Assembly: GCA_964531215.1 (NCBI GenBank)
Contig: CAZHFK010000002.1
Span: forward strand, 1 to 43,938
Length of the DNA stretch: 43,938 nucleotides
Source: an uncultured Gammaproteobacteria bacterium
GTDB taxonomy: Bacteria; Patescibacteriota; Patescibacteriia; CAIXNZ01
Direction of reading: 5' to 3'
Part shown: piece by piece, positions 43,870-43,938 of the stretch
How the letters are laid out: each line of letters starts with the position of its first letter
Numbering within the stretch: position 1 is the first letter of the stretch
The notes under the pieces: model-generated
Databases searched by the model: none
Seen by the model: the letters and a program-made list of their open reading frames with translations, nothing else
What the model was told of the DNA's origin: nothing
Program-made: the position numbers and the translations under genes

Positions 43870-43938
43870 AAAATTGACAAAAGTTGTTACAATTGCAGCA
43901 ATTAGGGTTACATTTGGGATTTCGTTCACATGTGGTAT
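43868..43938 (-). CDS. 3' end of a convergent ORF encoding a Cys-rich C-terminus (partial, runs off the window)
   Basis: Minus-strand frame reads ...TTCERNPKCNPNCCNCNNFCQF, with the stop being the reverse complement of 43868-43870. The stop abuts the bidirectional terminator. Confidence 0.35.
   Translation of the reverse strand, partial: TTCERNPKCNPNCCNCNNFCQF

Overview
AT-rich bacterial window with compact housekeeping genes. Minus strand: topA, dprA, pth, a YegS-type lipid kinase, der and an LCP-family protein. Plus strand: lepB, hisS, rpsU, a yqeY-like gene, ybeY, dgkA, ftsA and ftsZ. Most genes have no recognisable Shine-Dalgarno (SD) sequence. Streamlined core genes, missing SDs and giant cysteine-rich surface proteins fit a Candidate Phyla Radiation (Patescibacteria)-type genome; this is inference only. 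The centre of the window (11228-36160, about 25 kb) is a co-directional, tightly spaced block of seven genes for giant or repeat-rich secreted or membrane-anchored proteins of 922, 3463, 1761, 1281, 216, 249 and 355 aa. It lies between rpsU/yqeY and ybeY/dgkA, which are neighbours in Firmicutes. The first two giant proteins share a paralogous N-terminal module (signal peptide plus two hydrophobic helices) that resembles VirB2/TrbC-type pilins. This module is fused to large ectodomains built from IPT/TIG, Ig-like, LamG and Cys-rich repeats. The next two proteins carry DUF1566-like lectin modules, CBM-like modules, Cys-rich repeats and a vWA domain. This block is my main candidate for an undescribed cell-surface or attachment system. 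Other items of note: three orphan promoter-to-terminator small-RNA units (two at 58-306 with 13-nt mutual complementarity, and a GC-rich rod-like RNA at 3735-3917 with an anti-SD-like CCCUCCUU tract); a right-end block (40977-43838) of SD-led genes with their own terminators, including a membrane J-domain protein paired with a vWA protein; and the 3' end of a convergent Cys-rich peptide gene at the window edge. I found no tRNA, rRNA, CRISPR array, transposase or integrase.
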